This document shows, in pieces, positions 28,885 to 39,055 of a stretch of DNA of 64,000 bases (within the stretch, counting starts at the first letter, position 1; every line of letters begins with the position of its first letter). Position numbers and translations under genes: made by a program. The notes under the pieces are model-generated. The model had not been told where the DNA came from, did no database searches, and worked only from the letters and a program-made list of their open reading frames with translations. The stretch is taken from NCBI GenBank assembly GCA_964461525.1, contig CAYWUX010000004.1, forward strand, positions 156,870 to 220,869, written 5' to 3'. The DNA is from an uncultured Hyphomicrobiaceae bacterium. Lineage in GTDB: Bacteria; Pseudomonadota; Alphaproteobacteria; Rhizobiales; CAYWUX01.

Positions 28885-30840
28885 ATGTCGGATCAGGATA
28901 GCAAAGACAAAGCGGAAGGGCAGGATCGCTTCGAGTTTCAGGCCGAAGTCAGCCGTCTTCTTCATCTGATGGTACACTCGGTCTATACCGAAAGAGAAAT
29001 ATTTCTGCGTGAGCTGATATCGAATGCTTCAGATGCCTGCGACAAGCTTCGCTATGCCGCAATTACAGAGCCCGAACTTCTTGGCGAAGATCCTGATCTA
29101 AAAATCACCATATCAACGGATAAAGAAAAACGGACACTGACGATCGGTGACAACGGGATTGGAATGGATCGTCGGGAACTTATAGATAATCTGGGGACGA
29201 TCGCCCGTTCCGGTACGCGGGCATTTTTGGAACAGGCTGCAAATGCCGACGACCAGACAGCGCTTATAGGTCAGTTTGGGGTAGGATTTTATTCGGCGTT
29301 TATGGTTGCAGAACATATCGATGTCATCAGCCGGCGTGCCGGCGAGGAAGAAACATTTGTTTGGCAATCTGATGGTTCAGGAAGTTTTTCAATCTCTGAA
29401 TATGAAAACCAGGAAGATGGCGTATCCAGCCGCGGCACAATCATTAGGATCAGACTAAACAAAGATTCAGAGCAATTTCTCGACGAAGCAGAAATTTCCC
29501 GAATAGTCCATCAGTATTCTGATCATATATCGTTTCCTATTGTGTTTATCCCCGCAACCGGAGATAAGGATGGGGAAGGAGAAAAGTCGGAGCCGAAAGC
29601 CCTGAACTCGGCGAGTGCGCTGTGGACCCGTTCCAAGTCTGAGATATCTGAAGATGAATATCTATCCTTCTACCGGCATGTGGCTATTGCTTTTGATGAA
29701 CCATCCAGAATAATTCACTACCGCGCGGAAGGGCGTAACGAATATTCGGTTCTTTTATTCGTGCCGACAATGAAACCCTTCGATTTGTTCGATCCATCGC
29801 GGACTGGAAAAGTGCGCCTTTACGTAAAACGCGTGTTCATTACTGACGATGCGGATTTACTGCCGTCATATTTAAGATTTATCCGGGGCGTTATCGACTC
29901 TCAGGATATGCCTCTCAACATTTCCAGAGAAATGCTGCAAAACAATCCAATCGTCGCTGCAATCAGAAAGGCGGTAACCGGGCGGGTGCTCTCTGAACTT
30001 TCCAAATTTGCTGCCGAAGACAAAGAGGCTTATGAAAAATTTTGGGAGGCGTTCGGTCCCTGTATTAAAGAGGGATTGTATGAAGACGCCGAACGCAGGG
30101 ATGCTATTTATGAGTTGACCCGGTTCCGGTCAACCAAAGGTGAGGAGCTGCGCTCTTTGAAAGACTATGTCTCTGATATGGTGGAAAATCAAACAACGAT
30201 TTATTATCTCGTCGGTGAGAATTTGTCTCAACTGAATGCCAGCCCGCAACTTGAAGGTTTTAAGCATCGCAATTTAGAGGTCCTGTTGTTATCTGATCCC
30301 GTCGATAATTTCTGGGTCACAACAGCATTGGGTTATGACGGAAAACCTTTCCAGTCAATTACGCAAGGCGAGACCGATCTGACAAAATTCCCAACTATCG
30401 GAGAAGATGAAAAACAAGAGCAAACCGCCGAGGAGGCATCAGCTTCAGCTGATCTGGTCAAGGCGCTCAGAAACGAATATGGGTCAACGGTAAGTGATGT
30501 TAAATTATCGACCCGTCTGATTAACAGTCCCGCTTGCCTCGTCGCACCGGCTGGCGGTCCTGATCGGGGTCTGGATAAAATCCTGTCTCAAAGAGATCAA
30601 GGCAGGGAACAGGCTCCGATCATCGAAATCAATACCAGACATTCCTTGGTTAGGATGCTGAGTTCGTGGATGTCGTCGGGCAAACACGAAGAGTTCAAAG
30701 ATTTGGCATGGATATTACTGGATGAAGCGAGAATTCTTGAGGGTGCCTTGCCCGAAGATCCTGCAAAATTTTCGGATCGCTTGAACCGGCTCGTGAGCAG
30801 GGCCGTTGAAGGCGAATCGTTGTCAAACCAGCCAGAATGA
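28885..30840 (+). CDS. htpG: Molecular chaperone HtpG (Hsp90)
   Basis: ELISNASDA, GQFGVGFYSAF, and length and collinearity with Hsp90. AAGGA lies 8 nt upstream of the ATG at 28885. Confidence 0.95.
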   Translation: MSDQDSKDKAEGQDRFEFQAEVSRLLHLMVHSVYTEREIFLRELISNASDACDKLRYAAITEPELLGEDPDLKITISTDKEKRTLTIGDNGIGMDRRELIDNLGTIARSGTRAFLEQAANADDQTALIGQFGVGFYSAFMVAEHIDVISRRAGEEETFVWQSDGSGSFSISEYENQEDGVSSRGTIIRIRLNKDSEQFLDEAEISRIVHQYSDHISFPIVFIPATGDKDGEGEKSEPKALNSASALWTRSKSEISEDEYLSFYRHVAIAFDEPSRIIHYRAEGRNEYSVLLFVPTMKPFDLFDPSRTGKVRLYVKRVFITDDADLLPSYLRFIRGVIDSQDMPLNISREMLQNNPIVAAIRKAVTGRVLSELSKFAAEDKEAYEKFWEAFGPCIKEGLYEDAERRDAIYELTRFRSTKGEELRSLKDYVSDMVENQTTIYYLVGENLSQLNASPQLEGFKHRNLEVLLLSDPVDNFWVTTALGYDGKPFQSITQGETDLTKFPTIGEDEKQEQTAEEASASADLVKALRNEYGSTVSDVKLSTRLINSPACLVAPAGGPDRGLDKILSQRDQGREQAPIIEINTRHSLVRMLSSWMSSGKHEEFKDLAWILLDEARILEGALPEDPAKFSDRLNRLVSRAVEGESLSNQPE

Positions 30841-30871
30841 AAACACGCGAATAACTGTGACACGAGGAAAC

Positions 30872-31648
30872 TTACAGCAATGATTTGAGTTCTGCGGCTC
30901 CGATGATCGGTCCCGTATTTCCTTGCTGAAGGATAATGGCGCAGCCATCACTGTCTTTCATCAAGAAATCTGACTTATTAAACTGTAGTGTGACGGCCTT
31001 TCCATTCCACCCCCCGATTGGCTTCAAGGCCCGAACGACATTAAAGTATGTAACTCGCTGACCGTGATTTTCACCGCGTTTAATAAGTACCCGAATTTTC
31101 TGTTCGACAATTGCCAGCCATAATTTACCCTTGCGTTCTTTCAAAGTTTCGGGGGCATCACCCAAGTCGACAAATATTTTGTCGTCTTTCAGGCGCATGG
31201 TTACGGACACATGACTTTTTTCAAGTTGGCGGCGAGATCTGGCGATTGCTGCATTAACTTCGTCCTTACGGCTGCCCACAGCGTGCACAACGCCATTTAC
31301 AATAATTTGTGGCGTATAGACCTGGCGGTCACCTCGCGTCCGGGCATAGGATCTCTGACGCTTTGAAAATTCCGGTCTGGCCAGAGTATCTTTCCATCCC
31401 AGATAATCCCAATAGTCGATGGGCATTGTCAGGGCGATGATATCATCCCGCTCTGCGAGCTTCCCAAGCAGGTTGTCTGCTGGAGGACAAGAAGAACATC
31501 CCTGACTAGTAAATAGCTCAACGACAGCTTTGGTTTTGTTTGCGTCCTGAGAAAATACCGTTTCGCTACTTCCAAAAAAAGCTGACAACAAGACGACGAG
31601 AAATTTGAGTTGGACCGAACACAAAATGCTATTGCGCCGCATAGGCAA
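30872..31648 (-). CDS. DUF1223 thioredoxin-fold protein, secreted
   Basis: Signal-like N-terminus and ELFTSQGCSSCPPAD, the CxxC-containing DUF1223 signature. Confidence 0.75.
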   Translation of the reverse strand: MPMRRNSILCSVQLKFLVVLLSAFFGSSETVFSQDANKTKAVVELFTSQGCSSCPPADNLLGKLAERDDIIALTMPIDYWDYLGWKDTLARPEFSKRQRSYARTRGDRQVYTPQIIVNGVVHAVGSRKDEVNAAIARSRRQLEKSHVSVTMRLKDDKIFVDLGDAPETLKERKGKLWLAIVEQKIRVLIKRGENHGQRVTYFNVVRALKPIGGWNGKAVTLQFNKSDFLMKDSDGCAIILQQGNTGPIIGAAELKSLL

Positions 31649-31812
31649 TGTCCTGCTAATTCGAACGTCGAAAGACGATGAGTATAAATTACTCAGATCG
31701 CAAATGTATATTTACGAAGTCTTATTTGCAATAAGAATGGCAGGAATTGCAATTAACAGCCAGTCACGAGTGAGTGAGACCACGTGTAGATGCATCAGTG
31801 TCCATACAATTA

Positions 31813-31851
31813 CTCGTGAACACCGCATTCCTTGAAATGGATGTTCACGAG
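31813..31851 (-). terminator. Strong hairpin downstream of acnA (non-canonical terminator candidate)
   Basis: Perfect 10-bp arms CTCGTGAACA / TGTTCACGAG with a 19-nt loop, about 45 nt after the acnA stop. There is no adjacent U-run, so its function is uncertain. Confidence 0.3.
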
Positions 31852-31894
31852 ATTTAGAATTCATACATCAAGATCTGAATTTTTCTCACATTAA

Positions 31895-34609
31895 TCAGGA
31901 CGCCCGCGCTAAATTTCTCAGCACATAGTGCAAAATTCCACCGTTATTAAAGTATTCAAGTTCATCCAGCGTATCAATTCTACAGAGCAGCGGAACCGTC
32001 TTTTTTGATCCGTCCGCATAGGTAATTTCCGCATTAAGTGTCTGGCGCGGTTCGAGATCTTCTTCCAATCCCAGAATAGTCACGGTTTCTTCACCTGTGA
32101 TACCGAGAGATTGCCAAGAGGTACCTTCTTCGAACACCAGAGGCAAAACGCCCATGCCGACCAGATTGGATCGGTGAATACGTTCAAAGGATTCTGTGAT
32201 AACAGCCCGAATACCAAGTAATCGCGTACCTTTGGCGGCCCAGTCTCTCGACGAACCGGTACCATATTCCTTGCCGGCAAATACCACCAGCGGCACATTT
32301 TCTTCTTTGTAGCGCATAGCCGCATCAAAAATGGACATCTGGTCGCCCGATGGCTGGTGAAGGGTGTAACCTCCCTCGACCCCTATTATCATCTGATTCT
32401 TAATGCGGATATTTGCGAAAGTGCCACGCATCATGACTTGATGGTTGCCTCTTCTGGCTCCATAAGAATTAAACTCCCTGGGAGAGATCTGATGTTCTGT
32501 CAGATAAGATCCTGCGGGACTATCGGCTTTTATGGGGCCGGCCGGCGAAATATGGTCGGTGGTGATGGAATCCAAGAAAAGGCCCAGTATTCGCGCGTCC
32601 ACAATTTCGGTGACAGGATCCGGTTCCAGTGTCATGTTCTCGAAATAGGGTGGATGCTGAACATAGGTCGATCCCATTGCCCACTCATACGTCATTCCAC
32701 CTTCGACCTTGACGCCCCGCCATTTGTCGTCGCCGGTGAAGACATTTCCATAACGTTTGCGGAACATGTCCTGCGTTACGGAAGTTCTTATGAGATCGGA
32801 AATTTCCTGAGATGTTGGCCACAGATCCTTGAGATAGACTGGGTTTCCTTCCGGATCATTCCCCAGCGGGTCTTTGGCCAGATCAACGTTCATGGAACCG
32901 GCGATCGCATAAGCAACGACCAGGGGCGGTGACGCCAGGTAATTGGCGCGCGCATCCGGACTTACCCTTCCTTCAAAGTTCCGGTTTCCCGACAATACCG
33001 AACAGACAATGAGATCATTTTCATGAATGGCATCCGAGATGGCCTCCGGTAAGGGGCCCGAGTTGCCGATACATGTGGTGCATCCATAACCGACGAGATC
33101 AAATCCAAGTGCGTTCAGATCCTCCTGCAAACCGGATTTTTCAAGATAGTCCGTGACGACCTGGCTGCCGGGAGCAAGAGATGTCTTGACCCATGGCTTT
33201 ACAGTCAAACCCTTTTCGCGGGCATTTCTCGCCAATATACCGGCGCCAATCAGGACGGCCGGATTGGACGTGTTGGTGCAGGACGTTATGGCTGCAATTA
33301 CGACATCTCCATGACCGAGATCGTGATTGGCGCCTGCGACAGGAACCCGCCTTTTAACTTCTGAGGCCTTCGAAAATTCGCCTTTGAGAACTTCACGGAA
33401 TGCCGGAGCAGAGTTCGACAGAGCAACTCTGTCCTGAGGACGTTTCGGACCGGCCATTGAAGGGACGACATCTCCCAGATTTAGGGTCAGTGTATCCGAG
33501 AATTCAGGATCCGGCATGTTGTCGGTTCTGAACATGCCTTGTGTTTCGCAATAGGATTTTACCAGTTCAATACGATGCTTATCGCGACCGGTTGCCTCCA
33601 GATATTTTAAGGTGTCGTTGTCGACAGGGAAAAAACCACATGTCGCGCCATATTCAGGCGCCATGTTCGAAATTGTTGCCTGATCTTCAGATGAGAGAGA
33701 AGACAGTCCGGGACCATAAAACTCTACGAATTTTCCAACCACGCCCTTTGCCCTGAGCATTTCGACAACGGTCAACACCAGATCAGTAGCCGTCGTTCCC
33801 TCTGCGAGCCTTCCGTCGAACCGGAAACCGATGACTTCAGGAATAAGCATCGAGATGGGTTGACCAAGCATGGAAGCTTCCGCTTCGATACCGCCAACTC
33901 CCCATCCCAGGACCGACAGCGCATTGACCATCGTGGTATGGCTGTCAGTTCCGACCAGCGTATCCGGGTAAGCATAATTCGTTGCACTGCCATTTTCCTG
34001 AACTTCCCGGGTCCACACGGTCTGTGATAAATATTCGAGATTTACCTGATGACAGATGCCAGTTCCGGGGGGCACGACACGGAAATTCTCAAATGCTTCC
34101 TGTCCCCATTTCAGAAATGTGTATCGTTCTCCATTTCGTTCATATTCGCGTTCGACATTATGGGCAAATGCTTCCTTGTTGCCAAAATAGTCCACCATTA
34201 CCGAATGGTCGATGACGAGATCGACGGGAACCAGCGGATTGATTTTTGATGGATCGCCCCCCATTGTGGCCAGCGCATCCCGCATCGCGGCGAGGTCGAC
34301 AACAGCGGGAACTCCGGTGAAGTCCTGCAATAGAACACGAGCAGGGCGAAAGGCGATTTCCTGATCTGATCTTCGGGTATCCAGCCAGTTCGACATGGCC
34401 AGGATATCGTCTTTGGTTACACTTCTACCATCTTCAAATCTCAACAGATTCTCAAGCAAGACTTTCAGTGAAAACGGCAGCTTTGAGATCCCCTTGAGAC
34501 CATTTTTTTCGGCTTCTTTCAGGTCAAAGTAGGCATAGGATTTGCCGTTGACTTCCAGGTTTCGACGGCAGTTGAAACTGTCATGGGAAACGGGGCTGTG
34601 AGTGTTCAT
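31895..34609 (-). CDS. acnA: Aconitate hydratase A
   Basis: 904 aa. Fe-S ligand contexts are GTDSHTTM, ITSCTNTSNP and CTTCIGNSGP. Collinear with AcnA/IRP-type aconitases. Confidence 0.96.
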   Translation of the reverse strand: MNTHSPVSHDSFNCRRNLEVNGKSYAYFDLKEAEKNGLKGISKLPFSLKVLLENLLRFEDGRSVTKDDILAMSNWLDTRRSDQEIAFRPARVLLQDFTGVPAVVDLAAMRDALATMGGDPSKINPLVPVDLVIDHSVMVDYFGNKEAFAHNVEREYERNGERYTFLKWGQEAFENFRVVPPGTGICHQVNLEYLSQTVWTREVQENGSATNYAYPDTLVGTDSHTTMVNALSVLGWGVGGIEAEASMLGQPISMLIPEVIGFRFDGRLAEGTTATDLVLTVVEMLRAKGVVGKFVEFYGPGLSSLSSEDQATISNMAPEYGATCGFFPVDNDTLKYLEATGRDKHRIELVKSYCETQGMFRTDNMPDPEFSDTLTLNLGDVVPSMAGPKRPQDRVALSNSAPAFREVLKGEFSKASEVKRRVPVAGANHDLGHGDVVIAAITSCTNTSNPAVLIGAGILARNAREKGLTVKPWVKTSLAPGSQVVTDYLEKSGLQEDLNALGFDLVGYGCTTCIGNSGPLPEAISDAIHENDLIVCSVLSGNRNFEGRVSPDARANYLASPPLVVAYAIAGSMNVDLAKDPLGNDPEGNPVYLKDLWPTSQEISDLIRTSVTQDMFRKRYGNVFTGDDKWRGVKVEGGMTYEWAMGSTYVQHPPYFENMTLEPDPVTEIVDARILGLFLDSITTDHISPAGPIKADSPAGSYLTEHQISPREFNSYGARRGNHQVMMRGTFANIRIKNQMIIGVEGGYTLHQPSGDQMSIFDAAMRYKEENVPLVVFAGKEYGTGSSRDWAAKGTRLLGIRAVITESFERIHRSNLVGMGVLPLVFEEGTSWQSLGITGEETVTILGLEEDLEPRQTLNAEITYADGSKKTVPLLCRIDTLDELEYFNNGGILHYVLRNLARAS

Positions 34610-34956
34610 GGATTTTTCTCCTTACCAGACATTTCGCCGCGCCGCCGGTGTGCCGACGGAAGGGACAGCGACTCCAATTATTATGGTATTGCGACGCTGC
34701 AGTTGCTTTCACGGACGAAAGGATAAAGCGGTCCAATAGCTGGACAGATACGCCACAAAACCAGGAGCACCCCGTTTTTGCGCTGGCCATGTTTCAAAAC
34801 AGACAATAGTTATATAAATCGCGATTGCGGACTATACAACCTGATTTGATTTAATCCATTTGAACTAAAGGGATTGCAGAAAAGTTACACAATTCGGCAT
34901 ACGTGTTTGGTTACGAGTCTTAAAACGAATGTCATTTACGTAACAATGGGGTCTAA

Positions 34957-35622
34957 ATGCGGTTGATCGTAGAAAATGTGACTTGCCAAAGAGGAGGGCG
35001 AATTCTTTTTCGGGATTTGTCGTTTTCCGTTGCTGAAGGTGAGGGAATGTTGCTGGAGGGACAAAACGGGGCTGGCAAAACCAGTCTTATCCGGATCATT
35101 GCAGGATTTCTGCCACCGAATTCCGGACATATTATTTTCGAAGGCATTACGGAGGAAATGGAATCTGTTGAGAAAATTCACTATGTCGGTCACAAAAACG
35201 GACTCAAATCAAATCTCACAGTGGAAGAGACAGTCGAGTTTTGGCAAACTTACCTGGGTGAAAACAGCACCGGCCAGTCACATGAATTTCATAACCAGGA
35301 TGATCATATTTCCCTGGTTCCATCCATCGAGAACGCGGTAAACAAGTTCGGTCTGAGTTCCTTGATGACTATTCCGGCCGGGCTCCTGTCCGCGGGACAA
35401 AAACGCCGTCTTAGCTTATCAAGACTATTACTGGCTTCGCGGCCTCTCTGGCTTCTGGATGAGCCTTCACACGGATTGGACGCCGCTTCTCAGGATATTT
35501 TAGCAAATCTTATATCCACTCATATCTCCGAAGGAGGTTCGGTGATCGCGACAACTCATACTCCTTTGGGAGTTGCATTTGGAAAATCCCTTAACCTCAG
35601 TGGAGAAGGGATTGCGAGATGA
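34957..35622 (+). CDS. ccmA: Heme exporter ATP-binding protein CcmA
   Basis: Walker A GQNGAGKTS, signature LSAGQKRRLSL, Walker B LWLLDEP. It is followed by ccmB with a 4-nt overlap. Confidence 0.88.
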   Translation: MRLIVENVTCQRGGRILFRDLSFSVAEGEGMLLEGQNGAGKTSLIRIIAGFLPPNSGHIIFEGITEEMESVEKIHYVGHKNGLKSNLTVEETVEFWQTYLGENSTGQSHEFHNQDDHISLVPSIENAVNKFGLSSLMTIPAGLLSAGQKRRLSLSRLLLASRPLWLLDEPSHGLDAASQDILANLISTHISEGGSVIATTHTPLGVAFGKSLNLSGEGIAR

Positions 35623-36287
35623 AGGTTTTTCTTGCCCTGATCCAGCGTGATTTACGATTGGCGCGACGAGAAGGCGGAGCTCTTGTTACGGCCTTGGGAT
35701 TTTACCTTATTGTCGTTGCCATACTACCGCTGGGACTGGGCCCGGATCTCAAACTTCTCAGCCGAGTCGCACCCGGCATACTCTGGGTCGCCCTTCTGCT
35801 ATCCGCTCTCCTCACGCTTGATCGTATTTTCCACAATGATTTTGAAGACGGATCACTGGAACTTTTGGCTCTGGGCCCGTTATCACTTGAATTGATCACT
35901 GTTGCGAAATGTATCGCACACTGGATTTCAAGCGGGTTGCCGCTGGCCCTGGCGGCGCCACTGTTGGGGGTTCTCTTAAATCTGGATCCCGGGGCTTTCT
36001 GGGTATTGAGTCTGACAACAATTGTCGGAACGCCCAGCATCAGTTTCGTTGGAGCGATTGGCGCAGCTCTCACGCTTGGAATCAGGCACGGAGGCCCGCT
36101 TCTGGCGGTTTTGATCCTGCCGTTTTATGTTCCGGTATTGATATTCGGTGTCAGTAGCATCAATGCAGTGATTGTAGGACCGGCCTCATTTTCAGCGTCA
36201 TTCTCGATATTATGCGCATTGACGCTGGTATCCGTGATTCTGGCACCTCTGGCATCAGCCGCAGCGCTTAGAATGAATTTGCAATAA
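35619..36287 (+). CDS. ccmB: Heme exporter membrane protein CcmB
   Basis: 222-aa, 6-TM protein with N-terminal RDLRLARREGG and FEDGSLELL motifs typical of CcmB, in ccm operon context. Confidence 0.88.
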   Translation: MKVFLALIQRDLRLARREGGALVTALGFYLIVVAILPLGLGPDLKLLSRVAPGILWVALLLSALLTLDRIFHNDFEDGSLELLALGPLSLELITVAKCIAHWISSGLPLALAAPLLGVLLNLDPGAFWVLSLTTIVGTPSISFVGAIGAALTLGIRHGGPLLAVLILPFYVPVLIFGVSSINAVIVGPASFSASFSILCALTLVSVILAPLASAAALRMNLQ

Positions 36288-36405
36288 GCAGTTTGGTTAA
36301 CTTACCGGAGCCGAGTCCAGTGCCCTTAGTCAAAAGGTCGTTAGATCGGCGAATAGACAATACTTGAGATTGCGTTTTCTTGTTAAAAAGATTATCTGAC
36401 AAAAC

Positions 36406-37191
36406 ATGGCAAATATAGAACAATCACCGTCGGCGCTGAGTCGGGCCGGAAGTTTCATTAATCGCCTGGCCAACCCTAACCGGTTTATGGGGTTTTCGAG
36501 CCAGATTTTACCGTGGCTGACGGGTTTGACGGTAATATTGTTTGGAATCGGTCTGTTTTTGGTATTTTTCCGGACACCGCCTGATTATCAGCAGGGTGAG
36601 ACCGTAAAAATTATGTTTATTCATGTGCCGTCAGCCTGGCTCGCCATGATGGGGTATACAATCATAGCGATTGCCAGCATTGGCTCCCTGGTCTGGCGGC
36701 ATCCGCTTGCCGATGTTGCGGTTAAAGCGGCATTGCCCATTGGCGCTTCATTCACATTTCTGGCGCTCATAACCGGTTCTCTTTGGGGTAAGCCCATGTG
36801 GGGGACCTACTGGGTTTGGGATGCCCGACTGACGTCGGTGCTGGTCCTGTTCTTTTTCTATATTGGATTGATGGCGCTGCATCAGGCTTTTGAGGATCCG
36901 TCAAAATCGGGAAGAGCAACGGCCATTCTGGCATTGGTTGGGTTTGTTAATATCCCTATAATTAAATTCTCCGTCGATTGGTGGAGCACACTTCATCAGC
37001 CAGCCAGTGTTTTCAGAGCTGGCGGTTCCACGCTTCATCCTCAATTTCTGATCCCGCTTTTAATCATGGCGCTGGCTTTTACGTGCCTTTTTGTTGTCCT
37101 TCATTTTCATGCGATGCGGAATGAAATTCTTCGCCGCAGAGTGCAATCGTTGAGGCTGGCGCAGATACGGCAGTCCACCGGAAATCAATAA
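36406..37191 (+). CDS. ccmC: Heme exporter/heme-handling protein CcmC
   Basis: WWD-type motif WGKPMWGTYWVWDARLTS and conserved His residues, in ccm context. Confidence 0.9.
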   Translation: MANIEQSPSALSRAGSFINRLANPNRFMGFSSQILPWLTGLTVILFGIGLFLVFFRTPPDYQQGETVKIMFIHVPSAWLAMMGYTIIAIASIGSLVWRHPLADVAVKAALPIGASFTFLALITGSLWGKPMWGTYWVWDARLTSVLVLFFFYIGLMALHQAFEDPSKSGRATAILALVGFVNIPIIKFSVDWWSTLHQPASVFRAGGSTLHPQFLIPLLIMALAFTCLFVVLHFHAMRNEILRRRVQSLRLAQIRQSTGNQ

Positions 37192-37207
37192 ACGGGTATT
37201 TCGCGCC

Positions 37208-37396
37208 ATGTTTGAGTTCGGACCGCATTCAGGGTTTATTTGGATGTCCTATATAATTGTGACCGCTGTATTGTTGGGTTTGATAGTCTGGATCATATCA
37301 GATGGCAGAAAGCAGCGGCGCAGTCTTGCCCAACTGGAGCAAAAGGGAGTAAGCCGCCGGAAGGCTGCAAATCAGAATGAAGATGAAATTGATTAA
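37208..37396 (+). CDS. ccmD: Heme exporter protein CcmD
   Basis: 62-aa single-TM protein immediately after ccmC, with the typical GFIWMSYIIV...ISDGRKQRR pattern. Confidence 0.75.
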   Translation: MFEFGPHSGFIWMSYIIVTAVLLGLIVWIISDGRKQRRSLAQLEQKGVSRRKAANQNEDEID

Positions 37397-37433
37397 GTCC
37401 GCGGCGCAATGTTTGCTGTCTATTATCGCTTAA

Positions 37434-38048
37434 ATGATCATGCTGATGTCACAAAACAAAAATAACACGCCCATGAGCCTCGGTAAAAACGTCCGTTTTA
37501 CAGTCATGTTACCTATACTTATCTTTGCGTTCATCGCGGCCATGTTTTTGTATTCATTACATTCGGGAGATCCGTCAACGCTACCTTCTGCCCTCATAGG
37601 CAAGTCGGTACCCGAATTCGAGTTGCAACCCGTCGAAGGATTAGTGGACGAGGGTAAGCCGGTGCCCGGCATTCGTTCTGTGGAACTCAGAAATAATGAG
37701 GTGACGATCGTAAATATCTGGGCATCCTGGTGTGCTCCCTGCGTTGCTGAACACCCCTATCTTGGCGAATTGAAGAAACGAAGCGGAGCGCGGCTTGTCG
37801 GGATAAATCATAAAGATGCTCCGGCGAATGCCCGAAAATTCCTCGGGCGGCTTGGTAACCCTTTTGATGCCGTAGGATCAGATCGTACGGGGCGGGTTTC
37901 GATCGATTGGGGTGTTTATGGCGTTCCTGAAACATTTGTCGTCGATGGCCGAGGCCGGATCGTATACAAACATGTCGGGCCTATGGCTCCGGAAACTATT
38001 GAAACCGCCCTTCTACCAGCAATTGAGCGCGCAAAAACAGATAAATGA
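37434..38048 (+). CDS. ccmG: Thiol:disulfide oxidoreductase CcmG/DsbE
   Basis: N-terminal TM anchor, WASWCAPC active site and GVYGVPETF. The start codon is uncertain among the first Met codons. Confidence 0.88.
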   Translation: MIMLMSQNKNNTPMSLGKNVRFTVMLPILIFAFIAAMFLYSLHSGDPSTLPSALIGKSVPEFELQPVEGLVDEGKPVPGIRSVELRNNEVTIVNIWASWCAPCVAEHPYLGELKKRSGARLVGINHKDAPANARKFLGRLGNPFDAVGSDRTGRVSIDWGVYGVPETFVVDGRGRIVYKHVGPMAPETIETALLPAIERAKTDK

Positions 38049-38365
38049 ATTGTTTCGTTGCGTTCAGCTAAACATTTGCAACCGCGCGCCTAGATTAACG
38101 CTGACAGCACTTGTCATGAATCTACAGTTTGACGGGAAATTAGTTCGAGAAACTTCACGAACTGGTGGCGTCTGTCAACAGGTTGAGTTCAGAATATGCT
38201 CTTCGGCCCGACAATCCGCCGGACGGGTGGCCTTCAAAACCTGGCGACCCAACTCTGTGGTTCTGACAGAAAAAACTCTTGCATCCCGTTTAGTCCGTAT
38301 ACGTCGCAACAAGTTTTTCTTCACCATTCTCCGGATAATATCGGCGAGTGTGGAATGCGGGATGG

Positions 38366-38935
38366 CTAGCCGGTTTCCACATCAGAATCCGTCGAGGATT
38401 GATGCTGGTGTCGCTGCAGCAATCCAATCTGGCTTGCCGCAAAAATGAGGGTTAACGGCATTATGCCAAACACTTTGAAGCTGACCCAAATATCCGTTGA
38501 GAAGGATCGCCAGACGAATTCATTCAATAAGCCAAGGAACACAAAGAATCCGCCCCATCTCAGTGTCAGCTTATACCATCCTTCATCGTCCAGTTGGAAG
38601 GCATCGGCAAATACAATTTTCAACCACAGCCGGTTTAACGCCAATCCGGCCAGTAGGATTGCGGCAAACAAAAAGTTCACTATCGTTGGCTTGACCTTGA
38701 TAAAGGTTTCATTCTCCAGATACAGGGTCAGGCCACCGAAGATCAAAACAAAAACGCCGGTTATTAGGGGCATGGCCGCAACTTTTCGAAAAACCAGCCA
38801 GGATCCAGGAAGTGCGATGGCCGTTGCTACCATAAAACTGGCGGTCGCCAGGAAGATGTTATGGAACCAATAGTTCACGCCAAAAAAAACAACAAGGGGT
38901 CCGATTTCAAACAGCAATTTTAAAATCTGCATCAT
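38366..38935 (-). CDS. yciB: Intracellular septation protein A (YciB/IspZ family)
   Basis: 189-aa, 5-TM protein with the N-terminal LLFEIGPLVVFFGVNY pattern of the YciB family. Confidence 0.8.
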   Translation of the reverse strand: MMQILKLLFEIGPLVVFFGVNYWFHNIFLATASFMVATAIALPGSWLVFRKVAAMPLITGVFVLIFGGLTLYLENETFIKVKPTIVNFLFAAILLAGLALNRLWLKIVFADAFQLDDEGWYKLTLRWGGFFVFLGLLNEFVWRSFSTDIWVSFKVFGIMPLTLIFAASQIGLLQRHQHQSSTDSDVETG

Positions 38936-39055
38936 GGAAAATCTCGCTTCGGCGCAATAAGCCTGGTTCGCTATAAGATTCGGTGCTTGGCGTGAGTTTG
39001 CAACTTCTCTATCTGACCTGATTTTGACTAGGGCGGCCCACTCTTGTTCCGGAGG

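Noticed and set aside
34957-38048. The ccm cluster lacks ccmE, ccmF, ccmH and ccmI.
   Set aside because: A split into ccmABCDG (helABCDX-type) and a separate ccmEFH/I locus is the usual alphaproteobacterial arrangement, as is acnA lying divergent from ccmA. This is not unusual.
37912-38448. 178-aa plus-strand ORF spanning the ccmG / yciB convergent gap.
   Set aside because: It overlaps the 3' end of ccmG and the 3' end of yciB, and its translation is Arg/Ser-rich with no motifs. It is most likely spurious, so the roughly 310-bp gap is treated as non-coding.
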